The position numbers and the translations under genes are program-made. From assembly GCA_045602305.1 (NCBI GenBank), contig JAZSBJ010000062.1, positions 1 to 33,342 on the forward strand: DNA of 33,342 bases, read 5' to 3'. This DNA is from Eubacteriales bacterium. Lineage in GTDB: Bacteria > Bacillota > Clostridia > Oscillospirales > CAG-272. Below are positions 16,001 to 25,142 of this stretch, in pieces. Numbering within the stretch: the first letter of the stretch is position 1; each line of letters begins with the position of its first letter. The notes beneath the pieces were generated by a model. That model did no database searches. It was not told the DNA's origin and saw nothing but the letters and a program-made list of their open reading frames with translations.

Positions 16001-16690
16001 TTAAAGCAGATATGCGAGCAGAAGCAAAACAAACTCGACCGCCCCAATGCCTACCATAATAAGCACGCCGCGCAATCCGGGCTTCTTAAGCTGAAACTTT
16101 GCAACGAAAGCGATGGCGCAGATCGCCATTACGGCAAAATAGATGGGCGTGATGTCAAAGAGCTTTGCCTTGTCAAGAATAAAATCAAGAAGCAGAATGG
16201 TGGGGAAGATGAGGGAAGCGGACGTGATGGGAAGTCCGTAGTAGTACTTTCTCGCACCCGTTTCGGTTTCCTGCCGCTTTTCTTCCGTCACGTTGAAGTA
16301 GGCAAGGCGGATCATACCAGCAAGCAGATACAGCGCCATCACAGCAACGAGAAGCACGAGCGTTACCTTGCCGAGCGCGGGCTCTACCTGCATTGCGACG
16401 AAGAGATCGCGCTTTAAGAGCGCCGCACCGATACAAACGGGAAGCACGCCAAAGGCAACGATATCCGAAAGCGAATCGATCTGAATACCAAAAGCACACT
16501 CCTCGGGCGTACGGTCGGTCTTGGTGCGTGCCACCTTGCCGTCAAAAGCGTCGCAAAGTCCGCAGAAAAGCAAGAAGCACATACCGACGTAAGGATGTCC
16601 CGCCCCCCCGAGAGAAGTAACGATGCCAAGCCCTGCCGACATCAGGGAAAGATAGGTCAAAAGCGTAGTATAGTTATAAAAGCCTAGCAT
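16001..16690 (-). CDS. pssA: CDP-alcohol phosphatidyltransferase, probably phosphatidylserine synthase
   Basis: CDAFDGKVAR...FGIQIDSLSDIVAFGVLP, IRLAYFNV, GLP; adjacent to psd. Confidence 0.88.
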   Translation of the reverse strand: MLGFYNYTTLLTYLSLMSAGLGIVTSLGGAGHPYVGMCFLLFCGLCDAFDGKVARTKTDRTPEECAFGIQIDSLSDIVAFGVLPVCIGAALLKRDLFVAMQVEPALGKVTLVLLVAVMALYLLAGMIRLAYFNVTEEKRQETETGARKYYYGLPITSASLIFPTILLLDFILDKAKLFDITPIYFAVMAICAIAFVAKFQLKKPGLRGVLIMVGIGAVEFVLLLLAYLL

Positions 16691-16722
16691 ATTGTGCCCC
16701 TTTCATTATGCAAAGTTTATTG

Positions 16723-17865
16723 TCAATCGTTTTTGGGTGCGTCCTCTTCCGCCAAAGCCGCGTTGCGCTTTGCGCGCATAGATTGCTGCAAGCAACGGAG
16801 AAGAAAGGAAACGCCGCAAAGGATCACGCAAAGATAGAAGGAGATGGAGCGCGTGAGAAGCTCAAGGTTGGTGGCAAGCACGCCATCCCCAAACAGCTCC
16901 GAAAACACGTCAAGCATCAGTCCGTCCGCAACGCCCATTGCGCCCGGAATCGGAATGTAGTTTGAGCCGAGAACGACCATACACTCCGCACTCCACACAT
17001 CAAGCGAGAGAGAAGCGGCACCGCCCGCCGCGAGAAACGCGAAGAGCGCAACGGCGATCAGCATACCGCGCTGTAAAACGTTGTAGAGCAGTGCTTTTGC
17101 AAGCATTCCGCGATTCTTGCCGATCGAGCGAACGCATTCCTCGTAAGAATCGATGGACGCGTTGAGCTTTTCTCTCTTCTTCTCCACACGGCGGATCAAG
17201 CGGATCTTTGCCAAAAGCGAAAGGAGCTTGTTGCCGAGGAAGCGCAGAATGGAAGCACGGCGCAAAAGGAGAATGAAAATGACGGCGAGTCCCGCTTGCA
17301 TCACAATGCCCAAAAGAATGAGCACTCTCGAGGCGAGCGTGAAATGCAAAAATACCGAGGGCGCGGCGATAAAGGTGAAAATTCCCAAAATGATGATGGA
17401 AAAGGTGTACATAATCAGATTGAGCAGAAGCGCCACAGTCACCGTAGACCCGGGAATCCCGTCACGGATCATCAAAAGCGCGCTCGCAGGCTGTCCGCCC
17501 GTCGCCGAGGGGGTGATGGCGGAAAAATAAATGTCAGCGGCGGAATAGCTGTATCCCTCGCCGAGCGAGCGACGGTAGCCAAGACCGCGGCAGATCACAA
17601 GAAGCGCGTAGCCCTCAAAGAAAATGTAAAGGATCATTGCAAGGAAAGCGGCGGCAAGCCACCCCCATTGTAACGTGCCCAAAAAGCTCCAAAAGACACG
17701 GAAGGAAAAGTTTTGGGTCTGCGAGGTGACTGCCCACACTGTAAGAACGGCAATAAGGACGAACGCTATCGTCCAAAGCGCCTTTTTTCGCAGGTTGTCG
17801 GGGTGGTGCTTAGCACCTGCATCGACAGTGACCGCATCCCTTTTGTTTTTTTTGTTTTTAAACAT
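16723..17865 (-). CDS. Lysylphosphatidylglycerol-synthase TM / flippase-like membrane protein
   Basis: Multiple TM helices; YFSAITPSATGGQP and IPIPGAMGVAD motifs. Start moved to ATG 17865, after GAGG. Confidence 0.85.
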   Translation of the reverse strand: MFKNKKNKRDAVTVDAGAKHHPDNLRKKALWTIAFVLIAVLTVWAVTSQTQNFSFRVFWSFLGTLQWGWLAAAFLAMILYIFFEGYALLVICRGLGYRRSLGEGYSYSAADIYFSAITPSATGGQPASALLMIRDGIPGSTVTVALLLNLIMYTFSIIILGIFTFIAAPSVFLHFTLASRVLILLGIVMQAGLAVIFILLLRRASILRFLGNKLLSLLAKIRLIRRVEKKREKLNASIDSYEECVRSIGKNRGMLAKALLYNVLQRGMLIAVALFAFLAAGGAASLSLDVWSAECMVVLGSNYIPIPGAMGVADGLMLDVFSELFGDGVLATNLELLTRSISFYLCVILCGVSFLLRCLQQSMRAKRNAALAEEDAPKND

Positions 17866-17922
17866 CAATTTCCTCGTGTATCCGTATTTATCTGCGTACA
17901 GCAGACAAGAACATACCAATTT

Positions 17923-17951
17923 ATTATATCATAAAAACGATCCTTTGTCAA
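17923..17951 (-). promoter_or_regulatory. Consensus sigma-A promoter of the flippase-pssA-psd operon
   Basis: TTGACA (17951-17946), 17 bp spacer, TGaTATAAT (hexamer 17928-17923). Confidence 0.85.
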
Positions 17952-17975
17952 GGCATAAAGCGCCTTTTTCAAGCG

Positions 17976-18013
17976 AAAAGACGGGCGTTCCGAGAAAAGT
18001 CGGAACGCCCGTC
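17976..18013 (-). terminator. Terminator ending the rpmH-mnmE-RNHCP run
   Basis: 14-bp stem GACGGGCGTTCCGA/TCGGAACGCCCGTC followed by a short U-run on the minus strand. Confidence 0.7.
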
Positions 18014-18031
18014 CAAAAAGCCCTTTTATAT

Positions 18032-18370
18032 TCAAGGAAGCGGATATTCGCCCGCCGTCAGCGCGATGATCAGATCAAGGTCGTCGGGCTGGACTTTTGC
18101 CTCGTGCGCCGTGCGGCAGCGCGAGGTAGCGCCGCATTTTTCACAGCGATGCTCAAGCACGTACCCTCTTTTGGGGTGCGGCTCGGCGCGCACGGGGCGT
18201 AGAGGTCCGCCGCAGGTGTTTGCCCGATCCCCGGGATTCACGTCCACGTGCAAGGAATACAAGCAAAAGGGGCAATGGTTTCTTGAGGTGTAGCCAAGTG
18301 GCAAGACCTCGCGCCCGCAGTGGGCGCAAACAAAGCCGCTGTCGTTTTTGGTAAAAAGTGCAGTTTCCAT
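18032..18370 (-). CDS. RNHCP domain zinc-binding protein
   Basis: FVCAHCG, RNHCPFCL.SLHVD..PGDRA..CGG, HRCEKCG. ATG 18370 after AAGGAG. Confidence 0.9.
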   Translation of the reverse strand: METALFTKNDSGFVCAHCGREVLPLGYTSRNHCPFCLYSLHVDVNPGDRANTCGGPLRPVRAEPHPKRGYVLEHRCEKCGATSRCRTAHEAKVQPDDLDLIIALTAGEYPLP

Positions 18371-18378
18371 AACGCTCC

Positions 18379-19761
18379 TTATTTTCCTACGCAAAACTTG
18401 CCGAAGATTCCCGCGACCACGTCGTCGCTTACGCCTCTTCCGTCCGTTTCCGCAAATGCGGAAAGCGCGCCCTCGAGGTCGGTGAGTGCGGCGTCAATCG
18501 CAAATCCCGCGCGAAGCGCCTCGGCGGCGGTGGACAGGCACTCGCACCCCCGAAGCAGAGCAGCGTGACTGCGTGCCGAGAAGAGAACGGCGTCCTCTCC
18601 CAAACGAATGTCCCCGTCCGTAAACAGACGGTCAACGAGCGCAGAAAGTGCGGAAAGGTCGCCCACCTTTGCGGAGAAGGGAAGAATGTGGGATGCGTGC
18701 TTCGCAAGGCGCGATGCGTCCCACTTTTGGGGAAGATCGCTCTTGTTTAAGAGAATGATCTTCTCGCCCGAAAGCGTGTCAAGAAAGGAAAGAAGCTCCT
18801 CGTCCTCGCCGTCAAAGGGAGAAGAGGTATCGAAAAGCGCGAGAACGAGCGAAGCCTCGGCGGCGGCTTCCTTGGCACGGGAAACGCCGATTTTCTCTAC
18901 GGGGTTGTCCGTTTCGCGTACGCCCGCCGTGTCCGTCAGACGCAAAAGCACCCGTCCAAGCGGCACGGTCGATTCAAGCAGGTCGCGCGTCGTGCCCGCA
19001 AGCTCGGTGACGATGGCGGCATCTCTGCCGCAAAGCAGATTGTAAAGACTGCTTTTTCCCGTATTCGGCTTGCCAAGCAAGACTGTCTTGATTCCCTCGG
19101 TGACGGCGCGTCCCGTCTTATAGGTGGAAAGCAAGCGGCGCGCACGCGCTTCGGCGCTCTCTGTGCGCGCAAGGATCTCCTCGGTCGAAAGCTCCGCCAA
19201 GTCCTCGTCGGGATAATCGATCTTGGCACAAAGGGAAGAAAGAAGATCCGCGATCTCATCGTAAAGAGATGCAAGTGCTTGGGAGAGCTTGGAACGGGAA
19301 TCCCGCTTGAAGAGCTTGATCTGCGCCATACTCTTGGCGTCCAAAAGCTCCCCGATCGCCTCTGCCTCGGAAAGCGTGATCTTGCCCGCCGCATGCGCGC
19401 GTCGGGTGAATTCTCCCTTTGCGGCAGGATGTGCCCCCGCCGCGTAAAGCGCGCTGAGAATGGCACTTGTGATCAAAGCACCGCCGTGGCAGGTGATTTC
19501 CACCGTATCCTCGCCCGTATAAGAGGCGGGCGCACGGAACACGGTCAAAAGCACGTCGTCAACGGGCTCTCCCTCAAAATAGAGGTCACCGTATGCGGCG
19601 TAGCGCGAGGGAAGCATAGAAACGGCGCTGCCGTTTTTCGCGCGAAAAACGCGCTCCGCGACGGCAACGGCATCCTCACCCGAAATACGGATAAGGGCAA
19701 CCCCGCCCTTACCGGGCGGGGTCGAAAGTGCGGCTATGGTTCGATCAAAGATCTGCATCAT
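18379..19761 (-). CDS. mnmE: tRNA modification GTPase MnmE
   Basis: TIAALSTPPGKGGVALIRISG, SYTGEDTVEITCHG, GKPNTGKSSL, GTTRD, DTAG, NKSD, C-terminal FCVGK. Confidence 0.96.
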   Translation of the reverse strand: MMQIFDRTIAALSTPPGKGGVALIRISGEDAVAVAERVFRAKNGSAVSMLPSRYAAYGDLYFEGEPVDDVLLTVFRAPASYTGEDTVEITCHGGALITSAILSALYAAGAHPAAKGEFTRRAHAAGKITLSEAEAIGELLDAKSMAQIKLFKRDSRSKLSQALASLYDEIADLLSSLCAKIDYPDEDLAELSTEEILARTESAEARARRLLSTYKTGRAVTEGIKTVLLGKPNTGKSSLYNLLCGRDAAIVTELAGTTRDLLESTVPLGRVLLRLTDTAGVRETDNPVEKIGVSRAKEAAAEASLVLALFDTSSPFDGEDEELLSFLDTLSGEKIILLNKSDLPQKWDASRLAKHASHILPFSAKVGDLSALSALVDRLFTDGDIRLGEDAVLFSARSHAALLRGCECLSTAAEALRAGFAIDAALTDLEGALSAFAETDGRGVSDDVVAGIFGKFCVGK

Positions 19762-20728
19762 CGGATGCGGGCGCCTCGGTCACTACCTCTGCGCTCTCCT
19801 CAAGAAGCGTGTCTTCCTCGGGCAGCGTTTCCTCTGCCGCAGGCTTCTTTGCCTCGGTCAGGTAGATCACGATCTTACGGTTGTTGTCCGAGCCGATGGA
19901 GTTGGTGGCAACGCCCTCAATTCCTTGAATCTCAGAGTGAATGATGCGACGCTCGTAGGCGCTCATAGGCTCAAGCATCACGTTGCGGTGATTGCGGAGT
20001 GCCTTTGCCGCCATCTTGCGTGCAAGTGCGCGCAGGGTTTCCTCACGCTTTGCGCGATAGCCCTCAATATCAATGGTAACGCGGCGACGGTCGCGACCGC
20101 CCTCTGCGTTCTTCTTGGTGCTTGCAAGGTTGGCAAGATACTGGAGAGAATCCAGTGCTTCACCGTGATGACCGATCAGCATCGAAGCGTCTTCGCCCGT
20201 AATGGTGATGCGGCGGGAGTTGTCCTCACAGTGATACAATGCAACCTCGGCGTTGATGCCAAGATGCAAAACGAGCTGCTTTACGAAATCGAATGCAAGG
20301 TCCTCACCCTCACCCACGGTCACGGGCTCCATCTTAAGCTCCGTTTCGGGAATGACCGCCTCGCGGGGGAGTGCGGGCTCTGCGGGGGGAACGAAATCGC
20401 TCAAGGAAGCGGATGCGCCTTGGCGCTTTCCGCCGCGACGGCGACGGTTGTTTCTGTTCTTCTTTTGACCCTGTCCCGATCTCTCGGTTGCGCCCTTATC
20501 TTCCTTGCGGACGGTGGGCGTGCCGTGCTGACGGGGGGCTACGGTATCGGGAAGCTCGATCCAAGCGCGCACCTTGGTGGGGCGTGCGCCGATGCCGAAA
20601 ATACCGCGGCTGCCGAGATCCACGATCTCAACGGACATATCGGTAATATCACTGACGCCGAGTGCTACCATTGCATTTTCATACGCCTCGTTTGCGTCTT
20701 TTCCTGTTGCGAGAATTTCTTTTATCAT
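19745..20728 (-). CDS. jag: Jag/EloR (KhpB) RNA-binding protein
   Basis: Jag-N domain (GIFGIG), KH domain LIGHHGEALDSLQYL, R3H domain LEPMSAYERRIIH. Confidence 0.93.
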   Translation of the reverse strand: MIKEILATGKDANEAYENAMVALGVSDITDMSVEIVDLGSRGIFGIGARPTKVRAWIELPDTVAPRQHGTPTVRKEDKGATERSGQGQKKNRNNRRRRGGKRQGASASLSDFVPPAEPALPREAVIPETELKMEPVTVGEGEDLAFDFVKQLVLHLGINAEVALYHCEDNSRRITITGEDASMLIGHHGEALDSLQYLANLASTKKNAEGGRDRRRVTIDIEGYRAKREETLRALARKMAAKALRNHRNVMLEPMSAYERRIIHSEIQGIEGVATNSIGSDNNRKIVIYLTEAKKPAAEETLPEEDTLLEESAEVVTEAPASDDADL

Positions 20729-20754
20729 AATGCTTTTACCTTTATTAATTTGAA

Positions 20755-21858
20755 TTATTTTTTCTTTTTTCTCTGTCTTTGGTGCGACTGCGAGGGGGTG
20801 TTCTGCGTGGGCTTGGGTCTAGCAACGGTGGGCGCTTGCGCGTCGTCATCGTCGTCAAACTTCGAGCGAATTCTCGGCACGTAAACGTCGTCGTCATCGT
20901 CGTCGTCAATGTGGTGCAGCGACTTTGCGCTGTAACCGCCCTGACGCATTGCGGCGCGGTTGGCGTTGGCTCTTTCCTTTTCCGCCTTCAAAATAGCGCG
21001 GATCTCTTCCTCGGTGTAGGTGGGAAGCGGCATTGCCTTGGAAAGAATGAACTGCTGGATAACGCCGAGAATGGACTGATAGATCCAGTAAATACCGAGA
21101 AGTGCGGGCAGCTTAAAGGCAAACCAAAGCGACATCAAGGGCATCATAAGGTCCATAATGATGCCGGACGTGCGCGTTTCGGGCGTCTGTGCCTGCGTTG
21201 CGGGGTTTTGACCCATCAGCTTGCGCGAGATCTTCATCGACGCGTAAGAGGAGAGTGCGGTGAGAATGGGAATGAGGAGATAGAAGGACCAGCTGAGCGA
21301 GGGCGTAACACCCATATTGAGCCCAAAAAGGTTCAGGTTGATATTCTCCATCAAGGACCATTGCTCGGCGGCAATGCCTGCACCGCCAAGTCTTTGCGCC
21401 TCGGCGAGAATGCTCAGCTGGCTCGCCTGTGCCTCAGCCGTGGGGAAGAGCAGCTTGCTGAGCGCTGCAATGGTTTCCTCGGAAAAGCTGCAAAGGTGGG
21501 TCAGGGGGTTTTGAATGATGTTATAAAGAATGATGATGATGGGAAGCTGAAGGAGCATAGGAAGACAGCCCGAAAGGGGAGAGTAGCCCTCCTCCTGTTG
21601 GAGCGCCATCATTTCCTGCTGCTTCTTTTGCAGCGTCTTCTGGTCGGTGCGACCTGCATATTTCTTTTCGATTGCCGCCATCTTGGGACGGAGCTTGGCA
21701 CCCTTGATCTGCGTCTTTTGCTGCTTGATGGACATAGGAAGCAGAATTGCCTTCACTACAATGGCAAAGAGAAGAAGCGCGACAGCGTAGCTTCCCGTAA
21801 AGTTAAAGAGCCAAAGGAGCTTGGCAAAGGGCCAAGAAATAATTTCAATGAAGCTCAT
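20755..21858 (-). CDS. yidC: Membrane protein insertase YidC
   Basis: [35 protein letters not shown]...VIQQ; conserved gene context. Confidence 0.93.
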   Translation of the reverse strand: MSFIEIISWPFAKLLWLFNFTGSYAVALLLFAIVVKAILLPMSIKQQKTQIKGAKLRPKMAAIEKKYAGRTDQKTLQKKQQEMMALQQEEGYSPLSGCLPMLLQLPIIIILYNIIQNPLTHLCSFSEETIAALSKLLFPTAEAQASQLSILAEAQRLGGAGIAAEQWSLMENINLNLFGLNMGVTPSLSWSFYLLIPILTALSSYASMKISRKLMGQNPATQAQTPETRTSGIIMDLMMPLMSLWFAFKLPALLGIYWIYQSILGVIQQFILSKAMPLPTYTEEEIRAILKAEKERANANRAAMRQGGYSAKSLHHIDDDDDDDVYVPRIRSKFDDDDDAQAPTVARPKPTQNTPSQSHQRQRKKKK

Positions 21859-22226
21859 TGTTTCATTTCGCGCGCCTCTTGATAGGGAAGAAGCGACGCG
21901 ACCTTTCTTTTGCGTTTCTTTTCCAATACATAAGCATTGGATGATGCACCTTGTCCCTGATCGGGACCCTCACCCATCTTCTTGCGAAGGAGATCGATCC
22001 TTTTCCACGAAATGCGCCGCGGTACGGGGTCGTACCCGCATCCGCCAAAGGGATTGCAGCGGAAAATACGGCGTATGGAAAGGAATGCTCCCACGAAAAA
22101 GCCACGGTAGGTAAATGCCTCAAGGGCATAGGCAGAGCAGGACGGTGTGAACCTGCAGCAAGTCGGTTTGATGGGGGAGATAAATTTACGGTAAAACCGT
22201 ATAAGCAAGCAAGCGATATGCTTCAT
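21855..22226 (-). CDS. yidD: Membrane protein insertion efficiency factor YidD
   Basis: [10 protein letters not shown]...[25 protein letters not shown]. Confidence 0.92.
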   Translation of the reverse strand: MKHIACLLIRFYRKFISPIKPTCCRFTPSCSAYALEAFTYRGFFVGAFLSIRRIFRCNPFGGCGYDPVPRRISWKRIDLLRKKMGEGPDQGQGASSNAYVLEKKRKRKVASLLPYQEAREMKQ

Positions 22227-22615
22227 TTGGCATCGGAACGGCGGGCAAACAGCCCGAGCTTGTCAAAGGCAAGGGAAAGCTCGAGAGCGATCTCGGTGCT
22301 TTTTTTGTCACGGGCACGTTCTCTTGCGGCGATCACGATAAGATAGCCTGCCTTGATCTCGTGCTCTCTTGCGACGGCGCGAAGCCCCTCACGGAGAATG
22401 CGCTTGACGCGGTTGCGTGTGACGGCGCCTCCCAGCTTCTTGGAAACGGTAAGTCCGATGCGATTGATCTTTGTCTTTTGGGGATTCTGTCTGCGGAGCA
22501 TCTCTGCCTTTAAATCGGGCAAAAGGTATACCGCGACCGAGGGCGTCACCGCCCGTTTTCCCTTGGAATACGCTTTGGAATATAGGTGATTTTCACAAAT
22601 GGCGTGAAATTTCAT
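22223..22615 (-). CDS. rnpA: Ribonuclease P protein component
   Basis: [25 protein letters not shown]. Start at ATG 22615, after AGGAG. Confidence 0.95.
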   Translation of the reverse strand: MKFHAICENHLYSKAYSKGKRAVTPSVAVYLLPDLKAEMLRRQNPQKTKINRIGLTVSKKLGGAVTRNRVKRILREGLRAVAREHEIKAGYLIVIAARERARDKKSTEIALELSLAFDKLGLFARRSDAK

Positions 22616-22717
22616 ACTTTCTCCTGCGGGTTTGTTTTGGGTATGATATGAAAAAACTCCGATAAAACGCAAGGATGCACGTTATCGGAGAAATTTCACT
22701 TCATAGCGCACGAGCGA

Positions 22718-22852
22718 TTAATAGGTGAGTCTGGCTCTTCCCTTGGCGCGTCTTCTCTTAAGAACTTTTCTGCCGTTGGCAGTTGCCATTCTCTTTCTGA
22801 AACCGTGCTCCATCTTTCTCTGTCTTTTCTTAGGCTGGTAGGTTCTTTTCAC
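22718..22852 (-). CDS. rpmH: 50S ribosomal protein L34 (44 aa, absent from the ORF track)
   Basis: Manual translation from GTG: [44 protein letters not shown]; AAGGAGGT RBS. Confidence 0.97.
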   Translation of the reverse strand: MKRTYQPKKRQRKMEHGFRKRMATANGRKVLKRRRAKGRARLTY

Positions 22853-22937
22853 GAGTGGCACCTCCTTTATTCTTTTTGTTGTGGTTTGCGTGGTTTGAAT
22901 GCTTCATTCCGCGCGTATTCATACAAAGACATCTTGT

Positions 22938-22966
22938 ATTATATATAAAAAAATAGCGTTTGTCAA
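22938..22966 (-). promoter_or_regulatory. Consensus sigma-A promoter of rpmH
   Basis: TTGACA (22966-22961), 17 bp spacer, TATAAT (22943-22938). Confidence 0.85.
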
Positions 22967-22998
22967 GTGTTTTTATAAAAAAAGTGGAAAAAAGAACG

Positions 22999-23027
22999 AA
23001 AAATCCCCGCCCGTGTGACGGGCGGGG
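22999..23027 (-). terminator. Terminator of the pot operon
   Basis: CCCCGCCCGT/ACGGGCGGGG stem followed by a U-run on the minus strand. Confidence 0.75.
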
Positions 23028-23043
23028 CAAAGTGTCCTAAAAA

Positions 23044-24336
23044 TCAATAATCCTTGGCGCGGATGCGGCGTCGAACGCAGAAGAAAACGACGGCAAACGC
23101 AAGGGCGGAAACGATCACAATGTCCGTAACGATGATCCAAGGCTCAATGGAGCTCTCGGATTTGAGCTTCGACCAAAGATCGTTTGTAAAATCGAGAAGA
23201 TTTCCGTTTTCCTCGGTGTTGGCGATGGCGCGGAAGAAGGAAGTCTTTAACTTCTCGCTCTCAATCTCACCAAGGTCGGTGTAATCGTCGATCAAGACCT
23301 CTTTTCCGTAAAGGATCTCCATCGCGTCCTCGTGCCAATCGTTCATATACGCGATGTAGTCCTCGTTTTCACGAACCACGCGGTTGGGACAGCCGTAGCC
23401 GATATACATTGCATTCGCAACGGCAGGCTCTTCCGTCAGCATAAAGTCGATATACGCGTGCGCGGCATCGACGTTCTTCGCGCATTTGGGAATGCACATC
23501 GCGTCCACGAAGAAGTTGGTGCCTTCCTCGGGATAGTAAAAGGCAAGGGAATCGTTGGAGTCGTACATCGTCAGAAAATCGCCCGAATAGTAGGGCGCAA
23601 CGTACGCACTTGCAGAGATCATCTTGTTAAAGATCTCGTCCATCACGTACGCCTGCACGAGGGGCTTTTGCCGCTTCAAAAGGTCAAGCGCCGTCGTCCA
23701 CTTGGCGTGGTCCGTGGTGTTGACCGAGTAGCCGAGATGGTAAAGCGCCGTGCCAAAGGCGTCGCGCGGGTTGTTGAACTGCAAGATCTTGCCCGCGTAC
23801 TTTTCATTCCAAAGCAGGTCCCAAGAGCCCGTATCCGCCTCATCCACGAATTCGGTGTTGTAGATGACACCCACCATCGAATAGGTGTAGGGGACGGAGT
23901 ATTTCGCCTCGGGGTCGTAGGAATTGTACTCAGTAAAGAACTTTTCGTCGATGTTCGATTTGTTGGGGATCTTCTCAAAATCGAGAGGGATGAGCAGGTC
24001 TTCCGCAATCATACGCTCGATCATATAGTCCGAGGGAACCACGACGTCAAAGGATGCCGAGCCGCTGACGAGCTTGTTGTACATATCCTCGTTCGAGGGA
24101 TAGGTCGAGTAGTTGACTTCAATATAGTAGCCGTACTCGTCTGCGAGGTTCGCGTTGAAGTACTCCTCAAAAAGGTCGTTCGTATCGGGAAGATCGTCCT
24201 CGCCGTCCGCGATATACTGTCCCCAGTTGTAGACGTTCAAGGTCACCGTGTCAAGGTCGTCCTTGGCGTCCGCAGGGAAGCACAAAAGCGCGGAAAGGAG
24301 CGAGAAAATCATCATAAAAGAAAGGATCTTTTTCAT
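23044..24336 (-). CDS. potD: Spermidine/putrescine ABC transporter substrate-binding protein
   Basis: LNVYNWGQYI, SNEDMY, DVVVPSDYMI, YSVPY, PEEGTNFFVDAMCIP; extra C-terminal TM helix. Confidence 0.92.
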   Translation of the reverse strand: MKKILSFMMIFSLLSALLCFPADAKDDLDTVTLNVYNWGQYIADGEDDLPDTNDLFEEYFNANLADEYGYYIEVNYSTYPSNEDMYNKLVSGSASFDVVVPSDYMIERMIAEDLLIPLDFEKIPNKSNIDEKFFTEYNSYDPEAKYSVPYTYSMVGVIYNTEFVDEADTGSWDLLWNEKYAGKILQFNNPRDAFGTALYHLGYSVNTTDHAKWTTALDLLKRQKPLVQAYVMDEIFNKMISASAYVAPYYSGDFLTMYDSNDSLAFYYPEEGTNFFVDAMCIPKCAKNVDAAHAYIDFMLTEEPAVANAMYIGYGCPNRVVRENEDYIAYMNDWHEDAMEILYGKEVLIDDYTDLGEIESEKLKTSFFRAIANTEENGNLLDFTNDLWSKLKSESSIEPWIIVTDIVIVSALAFAVVFFCVRRRIRAKDY

Positions 24337-25142
24337 TTCTTCCTCTCCTTTCTCTCTCCTCTTGCCGCTGTGAGATTTGAAAGGATCAAAAGCGCAAGGA
24401 TCACGATGACGAGAATGGTAAAGAGGGCGTAAATGTCGGGCTTGACGGGCTTCTTCGTGTAGTTGTAGATCAAAACGGGAAGCGTCTTATAAATGTCGCC
24501 GCCGTTGAAAAGGGAGATAACGAAGTCGTCAAGCGAGAGGGTGAACGCCATAATAAAGCCCGAAACGATACCGGGCAAAATGTTGGGCAGCTCCACCTTG
24601 AAGAAGGAAGAAAGGGGTGTACAGCCAAGGTCCTGCGCCGCCTCGGGCAAGAATTTGTCAAGCTGACGGATCTTGGGCGAAACGGAAAGGATCACGTAGG
24701 GCAGGTTAAAGGTCACGTGTGCAATGAGCAAGGTACCAAAGCCAAGCTCCACGTCCGACGCGCGGAAGATGTGATTGCTGATGAACACGAAAAGAAGCAT
24801 CATCGAGATACCCGTGACGATCTCGGGGTTCATCATAGGAATGTTTGTCACGGCGTTGATGGCGCCCTTTGCGGCGCGGGAGCGCATTTTTGCAAGTCCC
24901 ACCGAAACGAGCGTGCCGATGACCGTAGCCACCGCCGCCGAGCAAAGTGCGAGAAGCAGGCTGTTTTTGAGCGCCTCGAAAAGCTCGGGCTTCTCAAAAA
25001 GGGAAGCGTACCACTTGAAGGAAAAGCCCTCAAAGCTAGAGGTGCTTTCTCCGCTGTTAAAGGAGAACAGGATCAAAACGAGAATGGGCACGTAGAGAAT
25101 GAAGAAAATGATGCCCATATAGGATTTGGCAAACCACTTCAC
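24333..25142 (-). CDS. potC: Spermidine/putrescine ABC transporter permease
   Basis: LYVPILVLILFSFN, PEIVTGIS, EAAQDLG, AFTLSLDDFVIS. Confidence 0.93.
   Translation of the reverse strand: MKWFAKSYMGIIFFILYVPILVLILFSFNSGESTSSFEGFSFKWYASLFEKPELFEALKNSLLLALCSAAVATVIGTLVSVGLAKMRSRAAKGAINAVTNIPMMNPEIVTGISMMLLFVFISNHIFRASDVELGFGTLLIAHVTFNLPYVILSVSPKIRQLDKFLPEAAQDLGCTPLSSFFKVELPNILPGIVSGFIMAFTLSLDDFVISLFNGGDIYKTLPVLIYNYTKKPVKPDIYALFTILVIVILALLILSNLTAARGERKERKK

Noticed and set aside
19736-21882. Plus-strand ORFs of 382 and 367 aa
   Set aside because: They lie antisense to jag and yidC, which have clear motifs and conserved synteny.
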